A DNA stretch of 64,000 nucleotides. Source: Candidatus Tayloriibacteriota bacterium. GTDB lineage: Bacteria; Patescibacteriota; Minisyncoccia; Phycocordibacterales; SIBU01. The stretch is taken from NCBI GenBank assembly GCA_016188455.1, contig JACPHR010000010.1, positions 3,655 through 67,654 on the forward strand, in the 5' to 3' direction. Positions within the stretch are counted from its first letter, which is position 1. Each line of letters opens with the position of its first letter. The position numbers were made by a program, and so were the translations under genes. The notes below the pieces were generated by a model. It saw only the letters and a program-made list of their open reading frames with translations, was not told the DNA's origin and searched no databases. This document shows positions 62,721 to 64,000 of this stretch, in pieces.

Positions 62721-63860
62721 ATGCCCCAAGTATCACCAGAGGTTGAAACTTTCGCTCGCATCAAAGTTTTAGGCGTGGGCGGCTCAGGCAAAAACGCCAT
62801 CAACCACATGATCAACTCCAAAGTGAAGGGGGTTGAATTCGTGGCGGTCAACACCGACGCGCAGGATTTGCACCACACCCTCTCCAAGAAAAAAATCCAC
62901 ATCGGCAAAAATCTCACTCGTGGCCTCGGCACCGGCATGAATGTTGAGCTCGGCAAGCGGGCCGTGGAAGAAACCAAAGAGGAAATCCAGGAAGCCGTCA
63001 AGGGCGCGGATATGGTCTTTATCGCCGGCGGCATGGGCGGCGGCACCTGCACGGGCGCGGCACCGGTGGTGGCCAAAACGGCTAAAGAAATCGGCGCCCT
63101 GACCGTGGCTGTGGTTACCAAACCGTTCTTTTTTGAAGGCGCCCAGAGAATGCGTTTGGCTGAACAGGGCTTGGAAGAGCTGCGAAAATCGGTTGACGCC
63201 ATCATCGTTATTCCCAATGACCGTTTGCTTAGTACGGTCAGCAAAGAAACTACGGCCCGGGCCGCTTTCGCCATGTGCGACGAGATTTTGAAACAAGCGG
63301 TTGAAGGCATCTCCGACCTCATCACCACCCCGGGCATCATCAATATTGATTTCGCCGACATCCGCTCCGTCATGGAAAACGCCGGCAGCGCTCTCATGGG
63401 CATCGGCAACGCCTCGGGTGAAAAACGCGCCGAGGAAGCGGCCAAAAACGCCATCAACTCTCCCCTGTTGGAACTTTCCATCCACGGCGCCAAGGGCGTG
63501 CTGTTCTCCATTGCCGGCGGCGACGACCTCACCATGTTTGAAATCCAGGATGCGGCCAAGGTCATTACGGAATCAATTGACTCCAACGCCAAGGTCATTT
63601 TCGGCACCGTCCGCGACGAAAAACTAAAGAAGGGCGAGGTCAGAATTACCGTTATTGCGTCGGGTTTTCCCGAAAACGTGGTCAAACGGAGTCTCTTCCA
63701 CCTTGATACGGGGGATGACAAAAAAGCCAAGCCCCATGGGGCCATAGGCGGTCAAGCCGCGACGAAAGAAGTTTCAAAAGCCGAAGAAAAGAAGGCGGCG
63801 GAAGAAGCCGACGATGATTGGAGCGCGGTGCCCGCTTTTTTGCGCCGAGCGAAAAAATAG
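62721..63860 (+). CDS. ftsZ: cell-division protein FtsZ
   Basis: GVGGSGKNAINHMI and the tubulin signature FIAGGMGGGTCTGAAPVVA. Acidic C-terminal tail. Confidence 0.95.
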   Translation: MPQVSPEVETFARIKVLGVGGSGKNAINHMINSKVKGVEFVAVNTDAQDLHHTLSKKKIHIGKNLTRGLGTGMNVELGKRAVEETKEEIQEAVKGADMVFIAGGMGGGTCTGAAPVVAKTAKEIGALTVAVVTKPFFFEGAQRMRLAEQGLEELRKSVDAIIVIPNDRLLSTVSKETTARAAFAMCDEILKQAVEGISDLITTPGIINIDFADIRSVMENAGSALMGIGNASGEKRAEEAAKNAINSPLLELSIHGAKGVLFSIAGGDDLTMFEIQDAAKVITESIDSNAKVIFGTVRDEKLKKGEVRITVIASGFPENVVKRSLFHLDTGDDKKAKPHGAIGGQAATKEVSKAEEKKAAEEADDDWSAVPAFLRRAKK

Positions 63861-63894
63861 CATCACGAATCAAGAATCTTGAATCAAGAATGAG

Positions 63895-63920
63895 ACCCGC
63901 GGGAGCGGGTTTAATTCTTT
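63895..63920 (+). terminator. terminator after ftsZ
   Basis: acccgc-ggga-gcgggt followed by ttaattctttc. Confidence 0.5.
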
Positions 63921-64000
63921 CTATAAAAAAGTGTGCCGGTAAAACATTTTTGTTATAATTAACCTTATGAGTAAGCAAAAAGTTTTTTATTCATAATTCC

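Overview
This 64-kb chromosomal segment uses the standard genetic code: long ORFs end at TAA, TAG and TGA, and UGA is not reassigned. I support about 60 protein genes, including an L33 gene (rpmG) that the ORF track missed because it is under 60 aa, and 7 tRNAs (Leu-CAA, Trp, Leu-TAA, Cys, Tyr, Lys, Leu-TAG). The housekeeping set is serS, dprA, topA, rel, parB, miaA, alr, infB-rbfA, a cysteine desulfurase, truD, clpB, gyrA, rpsA, pth, lepB, rpsU, ybeY, ftsA, ftsZ and an FtsQ-like gene. From the gene content I infer a Candidate Phyla Radiation / Patescibacteria-like bacterium: a short IF-2, a giant LTD-domain surface protein with C-terminal peptidoglycan-binding domains, an array of small pilin-like membrane proteins, and housekeeping proteins carrying lineage-specific insertions.

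The most unusual content is non-coding. At least seven families of short structured repeats are present. Two look like miniature integrative or MITE-like elements. One family sits at the 3-prime end of topA and of several tRNAs, each time followed by a displaced duplicate of the target's 3-prime end. A second family has GC-rich terminal inverted repeats, shows an empty-site versus filled-site pair, has split a repressor operator palindrome, and occurs in frame inside topA.

Three other candidate systems stand out. (1) A minus-strand array of six paralogous T4SS-pilin-like genes (seven domains), bracketed by an LPXTG protein, an Ala-rich secreted protein and a solute-binding-like lipoprotein, with heptamer and poly-C tracts between the genes. 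(2) Two paralogous wHTH plus Cas2-like-domain proteins, and two paralogous ArsR-family repressors, each flanked by long perfect palindromes. (3) A recurrent ATTCG/CGAAT word array immediately upstream of many genes. No CRISPR array, rRNA gene or reverse transcriptase is present. Repeat and regulatory coordinates are hand-derived and may be off by 1-2 nt.
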